A stretch of DNA of 63,882 nt, filler included, from Octopus bimaculoides (Eukaryota): assembly GCF_001194135.2 (NCBI RefSeq). It is 5 parts of 4 records of this genome, joined end to end, with 100 filler letters (N's around TTAATTAATTAA, not from the genome) between each part and the next. Parts side by side here need not be neighbours in the genome. Positions count along the whole stretch, not along the records: positions 1 to 29,313 come from NC_068992.1; 4 more parts are not named here. One strand, 5' to 3'. Positions 1 to 13,964 of this stretch are shown here, piece by piece. The stretch's first letter is position 1, and each line of letters starts with the position of its first letter. Below the pieces are notes generated by a model. That model did no database searches, was not told the origin of the DNA, and saw only the letters and a program-made list of their open reading frames with translations. The position numbers and the translations under genes were made by a program.

Positions 1-330
1 ATATACCGGAGTAAGCACATGAAATGTGCAACAAGGTGGAAAAAAAGAGTACTCAAATACCAGAGGTAAAGTAATATGCTTTATTTAAAGGCAGCAAAAA
101 ATAACAAAAGACTGTTACTCTGAGTTTCACGTTCCCGTTCATCGGACAGTTTTGTTAGAAATGGAGAAGGAATAACAATGCAATCGAAAGTAATATAACA
201 TTTAAAACACATGGATTCGTTTGATTGGTCGTTTCAAATAATGGTCATGCATTGGTCGTTTCAAATAACGGTCATGGATGCGTAATGCACAGACCAAATA
301 AATTTAATATAGATTCATCCTATTTAAAAA
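1..330 (-). repeat. Penelope-like pseudo-LTR (pLTR) type repeat carrying a hammerhead motif
   Basis: Contains the hammerhead at 111-150 and lies 3' of the minus-strand PLE GIY-YIG ORF (1617-2214). There is a short internal direct repeat ATTGGTCGTTTCAAATAA x2 (~224-268). Confidence 0.55.
111..150 (-). ncRNA. Minimal type-I hammerhead ribozyme motif (U4C variant)
   Basis: Minus strand reads ACTGT-CCGATGA-ACG(GGAA)CGT-GAA-ACTCAGAGT-A-ACAGT: 5-bp helix I, GNRA-capped stem II, quasi-palindromic helix III and a GUA cleavage triplet. Confidence 0.75.
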
Positions 331-1616
331 AATATATCGAAGAAAACCTTAAATAGAAAAATGGGCTCAAAATACATATTGTAAATAATTAATTATATTC
401 GAATTAACGCATTAAAATGAAATCAATAAAATAAAATAAAGTATACGCTGCATTCAAAATAAAATAAAATAAAGTTACAATAGCATATACGTATACAAGG
501 CTATACACAACATATATCTATATCTATATATATACATATACATCGAAATACACAGATGCATACGCACAGACAATCTACGTATATAGTCATATATTTGCAA
601 GGCACAGATATATACATAAATACAAATTTACACACATCTACACACACACGCATTTAAGTTTGCGCGTGAAAAAAACCTATGCGCTGGTAACGAATATTGT
701 ATCTTAAGCTATGGAGTGGAGGAGTAAAGAATAATATATCTATAATAACGTTAATAGTATAGGGAAGGGGTGGCGGGTGAGTGTGGTTGTCATAAGGAAG
801 GAAAGGAAGAAAGAAAGAAAGTAAAGAAAGAAAGAAAGAGAAAAAAGAAAGAAAGATAGCAAAGGAAGAAAAGAGAGAAAGGCTGGGAATAGGAAGGAAG
901 AAGTAGAGAGAGAAAATGAGCAAGAACATATGTATATAGTAAACCTGCATAAAATTTAGATTGCGTATATATGTGTATACAAAAATGTCTATAGCATCAC
1001 GTATATAGATACATATGTTGATATGTACGCAAATACTTACGATCGTAACCTTATACATGCGTATGTACATATTCATGTGTGAGTGTGAACCTAATCGCAC
1101 ATACGCATATATAATAATATATAGACGCCTGTATGTATAAATAAATATAAGCATATACTCTTACCCATGTATACACAAAAAAACGTACACGCACGAAATT
1201 CTAACTGCATATGCACAAGTGCAAACCCAGGTCCTATATGTAAGCGCAAGCACACGCATATGAATACGCACTATACAGACATCTACATAAAAAAAACTAT
1301 TAGATCTCAGTGTATATATGCAGCCAACTTCTTAAGAAACCGCTGGGTGTATAAAACTTAAAACCAGGCGAAAAAACATGCATAAAAGAATACTAAGTGT
1401 TTTTAAAAAAATAAATAGATTAGAATGAAGTAAAAAGTAAAAACAAGGGAGAAGAAAAAAAAACTATGTATATAACAGACAAAGGTTTTCTTAAAATGAC
1501 GTAGGGGTCTATACAAAATTCTTACAACGCTAAATAAATCATTTATAATTCGGTACCAATCCAATAGTCAGATTGCACAATGGTTACAAGGAGTCAAACA
1601 TTATCAAATAATTATA

Positions 1617-2214
1617 CTACCCATAAGGAATATTATATGCAGACATTTTAAATTTGGACGCATGCCTACATGTATTTAAAAGTTCGCGTCTTTGGTTAAG
1701 CGCCTTCTTATCCTGGAATAAGATATTCATTTTTTCCAATAAACAAAGATCACATTTCAATGGTCTTTTATGGGCACCGTGTCTGTAAGGCGATACTTTG
1801 CCTAAAATCCTCCATGTCACGTTGAAAGGCTGGGCTTCATTTTCCTTTAAATGCCAGACGTATTTTGCCAGGCTCGTCTTTGTCCTATTTTCAGGGTACC
1901 TAAAAGAATTTTTATGCGAATACAGTCTGGTTTTGAAAGAATTTTCTGTAGCCCCTGTATAAGTTCTATAATCCTGCGAGCCTTTTATCTGGACTTTGGC
2001 CCTATATACGATGCCCTTTTCTAGACATCTCCCTTCCAACGGACAGGAGGTTGGGTCTTTGAAATTACAGCTCTTTGTAAGCGGGTCGGCATTGTTGTTT
2101 TGGCAATTATGTTATTATGCTGGCTGATTAAAGAGGCGAAGTTTTTGCAGCAAGAATAGCTAATCTTAAGCGTTCTTCTATTAAATATTCTGTAAAACTT
2201 ATGATCAGGTTGAA
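1617..2214 (-). mobile_element. Penelope-like element 3' part: RT C-terminal linker plus GIY-YIG endonuclease
   Basis: Translation FNRRTLKISYSCCKNFASLISQHN...CNFKDPTSCPLEGRCLEKGIVYRAKV...TYTGATENSFKTRLYSHKNSF...KCDLCLLEK...LNQRRELLNTCRH is the typical PLE C-terminal endonuclease with a Cys-rich linker. Confidence 0.9.
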
Positions 2215-2328
2215 NNNNNNNNNNTAATCTTAAGCGTTCTTCTATTAAATATTCTGTAAAACTTATGATCAGGTTGAAAGTGCTTAGTGACCAATTTTAA
2301 GAATTCTTTACCTATATTCGTTCTTTCA

Positions 2329-2359
<31 letters not shown>

Positions 2360-2989
2360 CGTCTGTGTGTGTGTGTGTGTGTGTGCATGTGTGTGTATGT
2401 GTGTATGTGTGTGTGTGTGTGTGTGTGCGTGTGCGCGCCTGTATATGGCTACATACTGTGTAACATTAGCTGAGAATGATTCCTAGAGATGTATTCACAC
2501 ATAACACATAATAACGATTTCTACTTCATGACAAAGATTGTTTGAAATTAGCAATTGTAGATATACACAATCAAACATTTATCCTTCTTTTATTTTACTT
2601 TCCTTTATTTTTCTCTATTCCCATCGCTTTTGATATCATATCTTAAATTGTAATTAATTTACTTTCATTGATTTATTGATTCCACTTTTCTATTTTTTCC
2701 TATCATTTCCTTTGAGCTGTGTATACTCTCCATACACAAGATAAATACTTGATAATCATCGTGTACCAATATTTCTTGAACTAAAATAGTTACTAGGCGC
2801 CAAATAAATTAAGAAGCACATACTTTAGCCACATTCAGCAGTTCAGTTCAGTTACTATTCACGTTGGAGCACCATTCACGTCTGGCAAAGCGTTGCTGCT
2901 AACGTGACGCATTCTAATCTACATCCAAAAAGACATTCTTGGATTCGTTCACCACTCACTCGCTTACATGGTTTTATACGGTTTACTTT

Positions 2990-3120
2990 TTAACTTATAT
3001 TCGTTTCAGTAGAAGGTAAAAGGCACCGCCTTGAATAATGTTAGCGGAAAGAATCGACCCTAGTATTTATTATATTTCAAGCCTAGTACTTAATTTATCG
3101 GTCTCTTTTGCCGAACCGCA
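2990..3120 (-). mobile_element. tRNA-derived SINE family B, 3' fragment
   Basis: AAGCCTAGTACTTAATTTATCGGTCTCTTTTGCCGAACCGC matches the copy at 12965-13260. Confidence 0.6.
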
Positions 3121-3499
3121 AGTGGTGTTTGGAAACAAACTACTATGTTTCATCTTCCCTATCTATTTGTTTCTGTCAGGGTTTTGTCGAGAAATTCGAG
3201 CCGAGTAATATTTTCCTAAAGCCTGTTAGCTATTCTATTGATCATTTGTCGATCCTTTAATTCACAACACCGGTTGTCAAGCTATGGTAATGAAACACAC
3301 ACATACACGCCCGCACTCACACACTCACACACACAGATATATAACTGCGACGTGCTTCCACAGTTTTTTACGATACCAAATTCATTTACAAATATCATTG
3401 GCAAGCCTATTCATGTGCCGCGCAGCGAGACAGAAGCGGTAAGTCAGTGGCTGCAAAGTTAGCTTCATAATAACACAGCATACAAGCTTTTGCTTTTTT

Positions 3500-4860
3500 C
3501 CTTAACACATTAAGACTAAAATAAGTAAAAGACTTTTCAGCTGAGACTTTACCTCAGCTATTCTCCCAGGTAGAGCTGAATGATCTAGTCCGTAACTTGA
3601 ACCTCCCAAAAGGTTCTGCAGAACTGTTGGTTTCCCAACTGAAAGAGTAGAATCTTATAGATAATGGTGTTCATATAACATTTTATTGGAGTCGGCATGA
3701 AGAGTTCCTTTCTTTTTTCGTAAAAGATGAAGAGCTGGTTTACTGCAGAGATATATGTGGGCTTCTTAATAAACTTAGCATTGAGGAATACAAACCAGAG
3801 GAATGACGTCTTTTCATAGACAGCTCTAAGCATATTTTAAAACGTGTATTGTTGCACAATGGAAATGTGCAACAATACACGTTTGCATGTGGGACAATAA
3901 AGACCCATGCTACCTTTGCATGTGGGACAATAAAAACCGAGTAAACCACTATGTTAAGAAAGACTGTCCGCCTTGAAAAAATTGGCTCCATATAGAGCTG
4001 CTAATATAATGGAAAAACCTTTAGTTGAGCGAGATAAGATCATTTACCCACCTTTGCACATGAAACACGGATTGATAAAGCAATTCATCAACACTCTTGA
4101 CAAAAATTGGAGTGCTTCAAGTATATCTGCAGTACATGTCCAGATTTGACGATTGAAAAACGTAAAAGCAGGGAATTTTGATGGACCACAGATCCGTAAG
4201 TTCTTGAAGGACACAAATTTCGTGAAAATGATGAGCGAAAATGAAGCATCAGCTTGGCTAGCCTTGGCAGAATTAGTGAAACATTTTCTTGAGAAACACA
4301 AAAGTGAAAATTATAAAAACCTTGTTACCAACTTAATATCAACTATTTGTGATATTGGCACGAATATGAGCATCAAAATGCATTATCTTATTCGTCTTCT
4401 TGATCGTTATCTTGAAGATCTCGGAAATGTTAGTCATGAACAAATTCAACGATTCCATCAGAGCATCAAGGAAATGGAAACTCAGTACCAAGGACGTTCG
4501 AACACTATGATGATGGCAGACTATTTCTGGTGTTCAAAACAACATACTCCTGTTGCTCAATATTCACAGTGTACAAAGAAGTGTAAATTCATTCTTTGAA
4601 TTTTCTACTAAAAACATTTGCCAACGTACATTTTCAATTTTGAATTTTTATTTGTACTTTGTGTTACACTCTCTTTATTGATTCATATTATATGCCTCTT
4701 GTATGAATAAAATACTTACTCTATTAGGTCTAGTCAGAAAAGAATACCGGATAGAGAAAAACTGAAATTATTTTTGAATTTTGCAGGCAAAATCACTTAA
4801 GAATTCGTTGAAATATTCCAGACACCAAACAACAACAAAAAAATAATTTGTTTCTCAGTG
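3500..4860 (+). mobile_element. Chapaev3-like (CMC) DNA transposon remnant with disrupted transposase; right terminus intact
   Basis: Motifs LFSQVELNDLVRNLNL, RLFIDSSK...VLLHNGN, PPLHMKHGLIKQF, FDGPQIR, MSIKMH and HEQIQRFHQSIKEMETQYQGR...MMADY, with stops and frameshifts. The element ends ...TTTGTTTCTCAGTG followed by TAA, consistent with GTG-3' termini and a TWA TSD. The left end was not found. Confidence 0.75.
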
Positions 4861-4934
4861 TAATAGGTCTTCGTCAGTCACAGCTAACTTTACTACATAA
4901 CAGAAAATATTAGTGGAGAGTTTTATAGATATAA

Positions 4935-5148
4935 TACTGGTTTCCCATATTGGTACTAAGCCAGTAATTTCACCGGAGTGTGTAAGTCGATTACATTGAT
5001 CCCAATGCTCAACTAACACCTAGTTGATCAACCCCTAAAGGATAAAAGGCAAAGTCGACCTCTGCTGGGTTGAACTCAGATCGTAAAAGCGTACGAATGC
5101 CGCTAAGCATTTCGCCCGGCGTGCAAACGATTCTGCCATCTCGCCGCA
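4935..5148 (-). mobile_element. tRNA-derived SINE family A
   Basis: Reverse complement of the GGCGGCGAGCTGGCAGAATCGTT...GAGTTCAA...GTCGACTTTGCCTTT family seen many times in the window. Confidence 0.75.
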
Positions 5149-5447
5149 TGTGTACGTATTGCAAAAGGGGAGAGACCCTGGAATTCTTCAGGGTCTTCTG
5201 GCGTCTCACCACTGACACACTGCTTCGAAAATACTGGAGACTATTGAATGTGATAAGGAACGTGCATATTTATTACTGCATTGAAAAGGATGATATGTTT
5301 CTAATGATAAAGTTTATGTCTAAGTACACAGAAAGAGTTTAGGGATCGACAGACCCTTATTCGAATAAAAACAAAACATATTCATCATATTTGATCCCAT
5401 CATTTTACCAATCTGCATAGATATACTTCATTTGTACATATAAGAGA

Positions 5448-5508
<61 letters not shown>

Positions 5509-8500
5509 NNNNNNNNNNNNNNNNNNNNNNNNNNNNNNNNNNNNNNNNNNNNNNNNNNNNNNNNNNNNNNNNNNNNNNNNNNNNNNNNNNNNNNNNNNNN
5601 NNNNNNNNNNNNNNNNNNNNNNNNNNNNNNNNNNNNNNNNNNNNNNNNNNNNNNNNNNNNNNNNNNNNNNNNNNNNNNNNNNNNNNNNNNNNNNNNNNNN
5701 NNNNNNNNNNNNNNNNNNNNNNNNNNNNNNNNNNNNNNNNNNNNNNNNNNNNNNNNNNNNNNNNNNNNNNNNNNNNNNNNNNNNNNNNNNNNNNNNNNNN
5801 NNNNNNNNNNNNNNNNNNNNNNNNNNNNNNNNNNNNNNNNNNNNNNNNNNNNNNNNNNNNNNNNNNNNNNNNNNNNNNNNNNNNNNNNNNNNNNNNNNNN
5901 NNNNNNNNNNNNNNNNNNNNNNNNNNNNNNNNNNNNNNNNNNNNNNNNNNNNNNNNNNNNNNNNNNNNNNNNNNNNNNNNNNNNNNNNNNNNNNNNNNNN
6001 NNNNNNNNNNNNNNNNNNNNNNNNNNNNNNNNNNNNNNNNNNNNNNNNNNNNNNNNNNNNNNNNNNNNNNNNNNNNNNNNNNNNNNNNNNNNNNNNNNNN
6101 NNNNNNNNNNNNNNNNNNNNNNNNNNNNNNNNNNNNNNNNNNNNNNNNNNNNNNNNNNNNNNNNNNNNNNNNNNNNNNNNNNNNNNNNNNNNNNNNNNNN
6201 NNNNNNNNNNNNNNNNNNNNNNNNNNNNNNNNNNNNNNNNNNNNNNNNNNNNNNNNNNNNNNNNATATGTATATGTATGTGTTTCTGCGTATGTGCGTCT
6301 GAGTGAAGGCAAAATTCAGATTCACATATATATATCTATATATTATGATGCAAATGATATAGGTACACATGCATCATCACATGTATCAATACAGACGTAC
6401 ACGCAAACACACAGAAATACACACACACACACACACACACACATGTATATATGTATTTGTATGCGCTACACTCAATTTATACTGCGCATACATATTTGCT
6501 TTACATATATATTTTTTCGGTTTGTGTAAAGCACATGAAATTTAAAATTAGGTTGAGCGTAATCTAATTACGTTGATGGCTTTTCGATTCATTCTTTTGA
6601 AAGCATCTCTTTAATTAACCAATTAAAACATGTCTGCTTAGCTTACGTTTCTCATCACAACCTCCACCTCAATTTCTTTTTAATTTTGTTTATATTGTTT
6701 TCATCATTTCTTCTGTTCTCTCGTCATCTTCCCTTCTTAACTTTTCTGAAAGCTTTTAGTCAACAGACACTAAATCATAGAATATCCTTTCTATGAGACT
6801 AAAAACAGACAAAAAAAAATTAAAATAAGACTCAAGCAAAATATCCAAAGTGAAATCAGAAACAAAATTATTAAGACAAAATCATAGTGCTTCAGTTCAA
6901 TACAATGTCCATAAGACCTAAAAACTTACTTTTGTAATTACTCACAGTTATTATCGTTCAATGATTGATTGGTTGCGAAAAAGTCTCGCTCACTTGATTA
7001 TATCAAGATTTTTTCCGTTCCTGTAATCCGATCAGTGCGTGAAAAAGTGATGGCCGTCAAGTTTTTCTCATTTATATCTCTCATAAATTGGTTTTTACAC
7101 GATTTCCGCACTAGTTTCTAAATTATATTTATTTGCCAGTGTATTTTTTGCAATGTGCTATCAAAGGAAATAAATAGAAAATATTTTAATAGCCGATTGA
7201 CTGTGAAGTCAACGTTTTTTTTCTTCTGAACAATAATTTATTAGTGTTATGACTGACAGAGACTAATATGAGTAACGGTGTCATAACCTAAGACAAGTAT
7301 GTAATAAGTGCAATAAATAACTCTCTGGAGACTACTTAGTATGGCATGATTGAAACGGGTAAGTTGTTTAATAGAAATAAGAGTTATTGCAGCAGCAATA
7401 TGTAGAACAGAAAGAGGTAAAGGATCAACTCCAGATACCTATAGAAGCATTACAATTACTTTCTGATTTCGGCTGGTCGTCTCAAAGGACTTATTTACAC
7501 TTAACTGATAATATGCATTGATTTATCGCAGTAAAGTCAGCAATGATTATTTAGCTATAAATGATAGCCATCATACAATGAAGATTCATAAATCTTGGCT
7601 TTATGTTGAAAATGGTTGAACAATGCAATTCTGGATTTTACCGTTAGGAAATCATGCGATGAAATCTCATGGAATAGTATGATGTAGTTTTGTTATATAA
7701 AGGAGAAGAAGAAAACATTTCACAATATCTAATTCCTCAGTACTATTAATATTGATTACAAAAGAAGTTGCGAACTAGTACGTCTTTAAAACTATGAGTC
7801 AATGTTTTAAATAAGGGCTAATAAAATTAGCAATTGTTAAACTTGAAAGAAATTTACACTGCGCAATATCTGATTTTTCATCATCAACTTTATAAGTATA
7901 GCATCGCTAAAACAGTATCAGACTAAATACTTCCACAGCTTTGGTGTATCGCTGTATAACACTGTATAACACGATCTTTATCCTTGGGTAGCAACTGTTG
8001 TTTCCTATTTCCTCACCCCAAGGAAGTATGAAAAATGATAATCTTTCCTTCAAACGTGGCTTTTGCTACATTTATTCAACCCCCCAATCAGTCCCTCTCA
8101 AACATGGCTATGATGTTCCCTCACTACTCTTGCTCATGATGAGAGATGCACATACTTTCGGTCACTAAGGATACATGCTCAAATGGTTAAGGTCAAGCAA
8201 GTGACTAGTAAATGAATGGCATTAAGCAGAATATTTGCTATAACGATATTTTTGCTTTAGCATCTCAACGCTGCATCTGTCTCAAATGTATCAGAAATTA
8301 AGTTCGTTTCAAAACAGTGATGTTCATGTCAGAACAGCAAGGTTTGAAGGGAATACTAGTTATTTACTTTGAATTCTAGATAGAAACAAAGAGGAAATAA
8401 CACTCACTGACCAAGACAAAATAGGAAAAATTGTTACACAGTTCAATTCAAATTGCAGTATATTCGGGGCCGTAATTTTGTTTCTTATATACACACATAT

Positions 8501-10369
8501 TCTCCACCACACCCAAAAGAACACCTAACTCACCAACTCTAACTTACGTATGTGCTGTCTCTTCTCTACCATTCGTACTAAAATGCTTCTGCTTCACTGT
8601 AATATGAGTTTATCTACACCTGTCACGCCTAGCCAGTAAATCAACTGTTTTTTTCTTCTCATTATTATTGCAGTCAGACACGTACCAACCTAAAATTTAA
8701 ACAACACGTCAATTTGTGCACTGACCTGTTAATTCTGTTAATCGCTGTTCTCTGCGCCCAAATGATCTCGACCTACGGATTTAATATAATGTTGCAGGCT
8801 TGGTTACTTTGGAAATGAGAAGTAACATAACTCGGGCGATAGTCTCTAAGTGACACTTGTAGGTGTCTTGCGTCGATCGCACGCGAATACTCAACTAAGA
8901 TGCAGCCAGAGCTTCAAATACACAGGTGAGACGTTGAAGATGTTTGTGGATTTGTTGTGTTTATAAGTGAGGTGCATCTCGTGTATTATGGAAATTCAAG
9001 TGTCGTTAAGCCGATATTAGATATATCAGACGATCAGATTATTAAAGGGTATTTATATATAGGTAAATGTTAAGTTTAGGAATAAGTGTAGCCTGGGGGT
9101 TTAGGGAAAAGTAGTGTATTGAGAACATACATAGAGAAAACCGAAATCTTACTGCTGCTCTATTAATCACGATAAACTTTGCGTACTGTTCCGTTGTAGT
9201 ATTAGTATCGGAAGAGAATAAATACGAACTGATTTTGTACATTTTGAGTCCAGTACGCGTGGTATCATTATCGGAGGCATCCGGAATACTCTGTTGCATA
9301 AAATGTCTGTTGCTTTAATGAGACAGCTATATGAACGTGAATATCGATCTACTGAATTTATTGATTCTTTATTAGTTACAACGAAATCTACTCAACTCCA
9401 CTACATCTCCCCCATTTGGATTCGCACTAACCGAATTTTCGAACATCTGTTCTCCATTGAATCTCTCCACTAACCGACTATCTATATTTACAGTAATTCT
9501 CAATCGCAAAAACAACGCACTTAAAGCTGCACAACCTCCATTTATTTATGAGAAACTTCATTTAAATGAAACTAACAAATTATTTCGTCGGCAAAGTTCT
9601 ATGCCATATATATAAAACTTCTCGTGATGAATAAATAATCAGACATCGGTTGACGCAAATGAACATAAATTCTGTCTTAGCTGTTGTATAACTAACAATA
9701 AAACCAACTCTTACTAAATAAAACACATAAAATATATTAGACTATTGTTTACAAGAATGAAACAAATCTAGTTCGCTACAAAAACTTTCTCTCTTCCAAA
9801 AATGTTTTGTTTTCTGAAATGAATCACCAAAATAACTCAAGATATTGTTCTTATTAAATAAGAATTTTCAGTGTAGTATATAATAAAGAATTATTTTCCC
9901 AGAAAATGAAACCTATTTAAAAGATGAATGTTTAATAGATATTCTCCTAAAATCATAAAGTTCCAGTGTTTATCTTCAAAGTTAATATTCCGTACAACCC
10001 CAAGAAGTAAAGTAATTGATTTGTTCATGTATATAAGTTTGAATGAAAGTGGTCGGATATATTCTTATGTTTCCCAAAGAATTTTTCGCGATTTCAGGCT
10101 GAAATGAAAGAGAAGCACTAAAAGTTGATCTCGAAGTATAGCTATCATCTTGCTTAGAAAACATAAACGGCCTTATACAATAAGTGAATTCAAATAAAAG
10201 GTGTAAATTAATAGAGGTAAAAAGGACAAAACTTTACGAATTACAATGAGGAAGATCACATCCATACACGGAAAGCCTACAGAAGGGGGAAAATTCACAT
10301 TGGATAGTATTGGCCAAATTCCACACTATACGAGAAATATGCGTTAATTACGGATGAAGAGCCCTAATA

Positions 10370-10730
10370 ATTATTTCTAATACAGGCAAAATACATGAAA
10401 TTTGGGGGCAGGGGAATAGTCAATTAATTCGACACCTGTGATCAACTAGCATTTATTTTATCAACCCGGAAAGTATGAGAGGTAAGGTAGAATCAGTAAA
10501 ATCTGTACGAAATGACGGACGAAATAACACATTCTGTGTAGCGTGCTAACGATTCTGCCAGCAAGCTGATTTGAGGGTCTTCAATAATTCTTTCAATTAC
10601 AGACACAAATTTTGGTGGAGGGTTTAGTACATTGTATCAACCCAAGTGCTCAACTGGTAATTTTTTAACGACCCCTAAAGTATGAAATGAAAAGTCGGTC
10701 TCAGCGGAATTTAAATCAGCGCGTAAAGAC
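10370..10730 (-). mobile_element. Two adjacent degenerate SINE family A copies
   Basis: GCTAACGATTCTGCCAGC and AAAGTCGGTCTCAGCGGAATTTAAA segments are homologous to family A. Confidence 0.55.
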
Positions 10731-11560
10731 GGAAAGAGTCTTTAAGAAAAAAAAATAACGCTGGGTTTCCCTTGTTTTGAAAGATATGCTGCTCGGAAAA
10801 CATGATCATGAGACTTCCATTCAATTTTCTGCAATACAAAATGTGATCCATTCTGTTGAGCAATAGAGAATAATATTCGACGGTATTGCCAATACTTGCT
10901 ACAACAGAATTTCTACATAAACGACTATTCGATTCGTTCAATATTAAAATTCATCCAACTCATTGACTTTCGGAGACACATAACACTAATAACAAAATCA
11001 ATAAATCTAATTAACAAATTTAAAATTACCTTCAGTATTTGTTGATAAATCTGAACAAAAAATGAAACATAAAGAAAACAAAATGCTTGAACCAAATTAA
11101 AAATATTGATAAAATATCTACAATCAATAATTCAAATTTTACCATTTAAAAAGACGGCAGGATTGCGTATCTTGTCTTTCTAGTTTTTGCACACTCCTGT
11201 TTGTATAGAAATATGTGCCGAATTGGTGTACTACAGAATTACACAAGAATATATGCCTCATATAATAAACTAGTAAACGAAATTCGAAAATAAAAAGGTT
11301 ACACACTCTATTCAAATTAGTAAGCTTGGAAATTTTTTTATCGTTAATCTTAATGTCAAAATATGAAAGAATAAAACTAGATATTCTGCCTCTCTTTTTA
11401 TCTCGTCTATCCTTAATTCACTTTTGCGAAACATCCGACCGCACACACACACACACACATACACACACATACTTAAACACACACGTACACAAACATACAG
11501 AGATATAGACAAAAACATACATACATATATATGCATATATATATGTATATATATGCGCGT

Positions 11561-11628
<68 letters not shown>

Positions 11629-12369
11629 GCATGATCTGGATTAGTAAAACAGAATCTCTTGTGGATTTCGTTATTAGTAATTATATTGTACATAAACTAG
11701 AATCCTTACTAAATAGAATTAATGGCCGTCTTCTGTTACTGAGAATCACAAATGGCCTAGAAAAATGGGCTACACTAGTAAGTGTATGCATAGCAAAACT
11801 TGTTTCAGTTAAAGATAAATTCTGTTCTGATTTACTTATTACTGAACCGAATTCCCACTCAAGATGAGTTCTTTTTTTTTTTTTCTTTTAGAAGACTTTA
11901 ACGCTCCTATTGGCAAAATGAGCTCAAATGGATTCTTTGTGCAGTGAATTTGGGCTTTATATCACCAATATACATTTTCAACAGTCTAATAAAATCAAAA
12001 TAACTTGGTATCATCTTAGAAGATGTCATGATCATTTCATTGACTATATTATCGATTTCATCAATATAGAAATGATGTTACATTAACATGTTCTTTCCAT
12101 AAGGCAGAATGCTGATCTGACAATTCTATGGTTTGTAATAATAGTAAAGCCAGCTATAAAACAAAATCGTAAGGAGGCTTGATATTTCAAAGTTCTAAGT
12201 AGATAGCAACAATGACATTCTCGCTGAAACACTTCATGAAGATTACATAATGTTAGAGTGACATCAGATATAGAGGGAGTCATGCATAAACAAGCATTCA
12301 TGCAGACGCGTGCGCGCACACATACAGACACACACACACACACATATATATATATATGTATTTCATAGC

Positions 12370-12378
12370 TAGAGAGAC

Positions 12379-12445
<67 letters not shown>
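12370..12445. repeat. (ATAG)n microsatellite
   Basis: Direct reading. Confidence 0.95.
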
Positions 12446-12964
12446 CAGGCAGGGGGACGGACAGACAGACAGACAAGTGAAAGACACCACTGTTCTATCT
12501 CCTGGAAGAAGTGTCTACAAGGAACCGGTTCTGTCTGTCATCGTCAACGGAGCAGAAAACAGAACCACGTGAATACCCAGGCAAAGAGAGCATAGACGGC
12601 TCAGATAGCGGATCTATCCAGAATATGATACCATCGCGTTTCCAATGAAGAGCTGCGCGCACTATACATCATCCCACAGATTCCTGCCTCATGATCATTG
12701 AGTAATATGAAATCTCTTTAATAAACAATCGAGAATGTGTTCCTCATAGTAAACATTGTCCCATCTTCTTCTTCCCAAAATAATTTTCATATTCTCCAAG
12801 GCATTTTCCATATTCTTGGTACGCAATTCTATACTTACATACTTTGCAGGGATTTGTATACACTTCAACAAAAATTTCAGCAGAAGGCATTCTCTCGTCA
12901 GCTTATATTGTAGGGATCTTTCAGAGTGTCGAATAAGGAACATATATATATATATGTTACACCA

Positions 12965-13260
12965 TACTCTTTACTCTCTTACTCTTTTAATTGTTACAGT
13001 CATTTGACTGCGGCCATGCCGGAGCACACCCTTTAGTCAAGCAAATCGATCGCAGGACTTATTCTTTGTAAGCCTAGTACTTATTCTATCGGTCACTTTT
13101 GCCGAACCGCTAGGTTACAGGGACGTAAACACACCAGCATCGGTCGTCAAGCGATGTTGGAGGGACAAACATATACACACACATATATATACATGTATAT
13201 ACATATATACGACGGGCTTCTTTCAGTTTCCGTCTACCAAATCCACTCACAAGGCTTTGC
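12965..13260 (-). mobile_element. tRNA-derived SINE family B
   Basis: Reverse complement of the plus-strand copies at 42908-43237 and 53720-53870 (CCAAAGCCTTGTGAGTGGATTTGGTAGACGGAAACTGAAAGAAGCCCGTCG). Confidence 0.8.
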
Positions 13261-13456
13261 TTTGCTAATTAGGTATTACTACATATTCTTCTGGGTTTTT
13301 TATATATATACGTAATTCCGCAATTGAGAAAAAAGAGCCGTGATGTAAGGTGTTGAGTCCAGTTGTTTTTTACTTGTATGTTAACATATTGTATTATGTC
13401 ACTCTAAGCTTTTTATGTTTTCTACATTTTTATTCCTTCCTCTTTGTGTACAACAA

Positions 13457-13541
13457 ACATCCTGATGAAGGGAGTGTCTAATCTCTAATATGAGTACAAC
13501 ACCATATTAATAGACACATCTCAGAAACGGTCCGTAGATGT
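13457..13541 (+). ncRNA. Type-I hammerhead ribozyme motif with extended stem II
   Basis: ACATC-CTGATGA-A-GGGAGTGTCTA...TAATATG..CATATTA..TAGACACATCTC-A-GAA-ACGGTCCGT-A-GATGT: helix I ACATC/GATGT, canonical core and a GUA site after 13536. Confidence 0.8.
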
Positions 13542-13927
13542 ATACTTTTAACTTAACTTTTATATTATACGTTTTTTTTTTCTCTTCTTCTTCTCTCTGA
13601 TATAGTATATATACATATCCTGTCCTAATGTACACGTTTTTAATATAATACATGTAAATTTATAACTTCATCATACCGTATATATTTACCCATTATATAT
13701 TATATCATAATGTACGTATATATATCGTAATGTTTTAACTTAAATTGTCACATTTTTATACAATTTGGAAATTATGCGTGTTTATAAATATTTTTAAATA
13801 AATATTTTGAACATTCATGATATTTATAAAGTTTATATCGTTGTATTTGCCTGTCTTTTTACCGTACCTTTTAGACATTTTAGAGACTGAAAACTATAAC
13901 TTTATTTATTGATTCTTGAAGGAATTG

Positions 13928-13964
<37 letters not shown>

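Noticed and set aside
2161-2278. 54-bp direct repeat across a 10-N gap (also 48404-48483)
   Set aside because: Identical sequence on both sides of a 10-N gap indicates an unmerged contig overlap, not a biological duplication.
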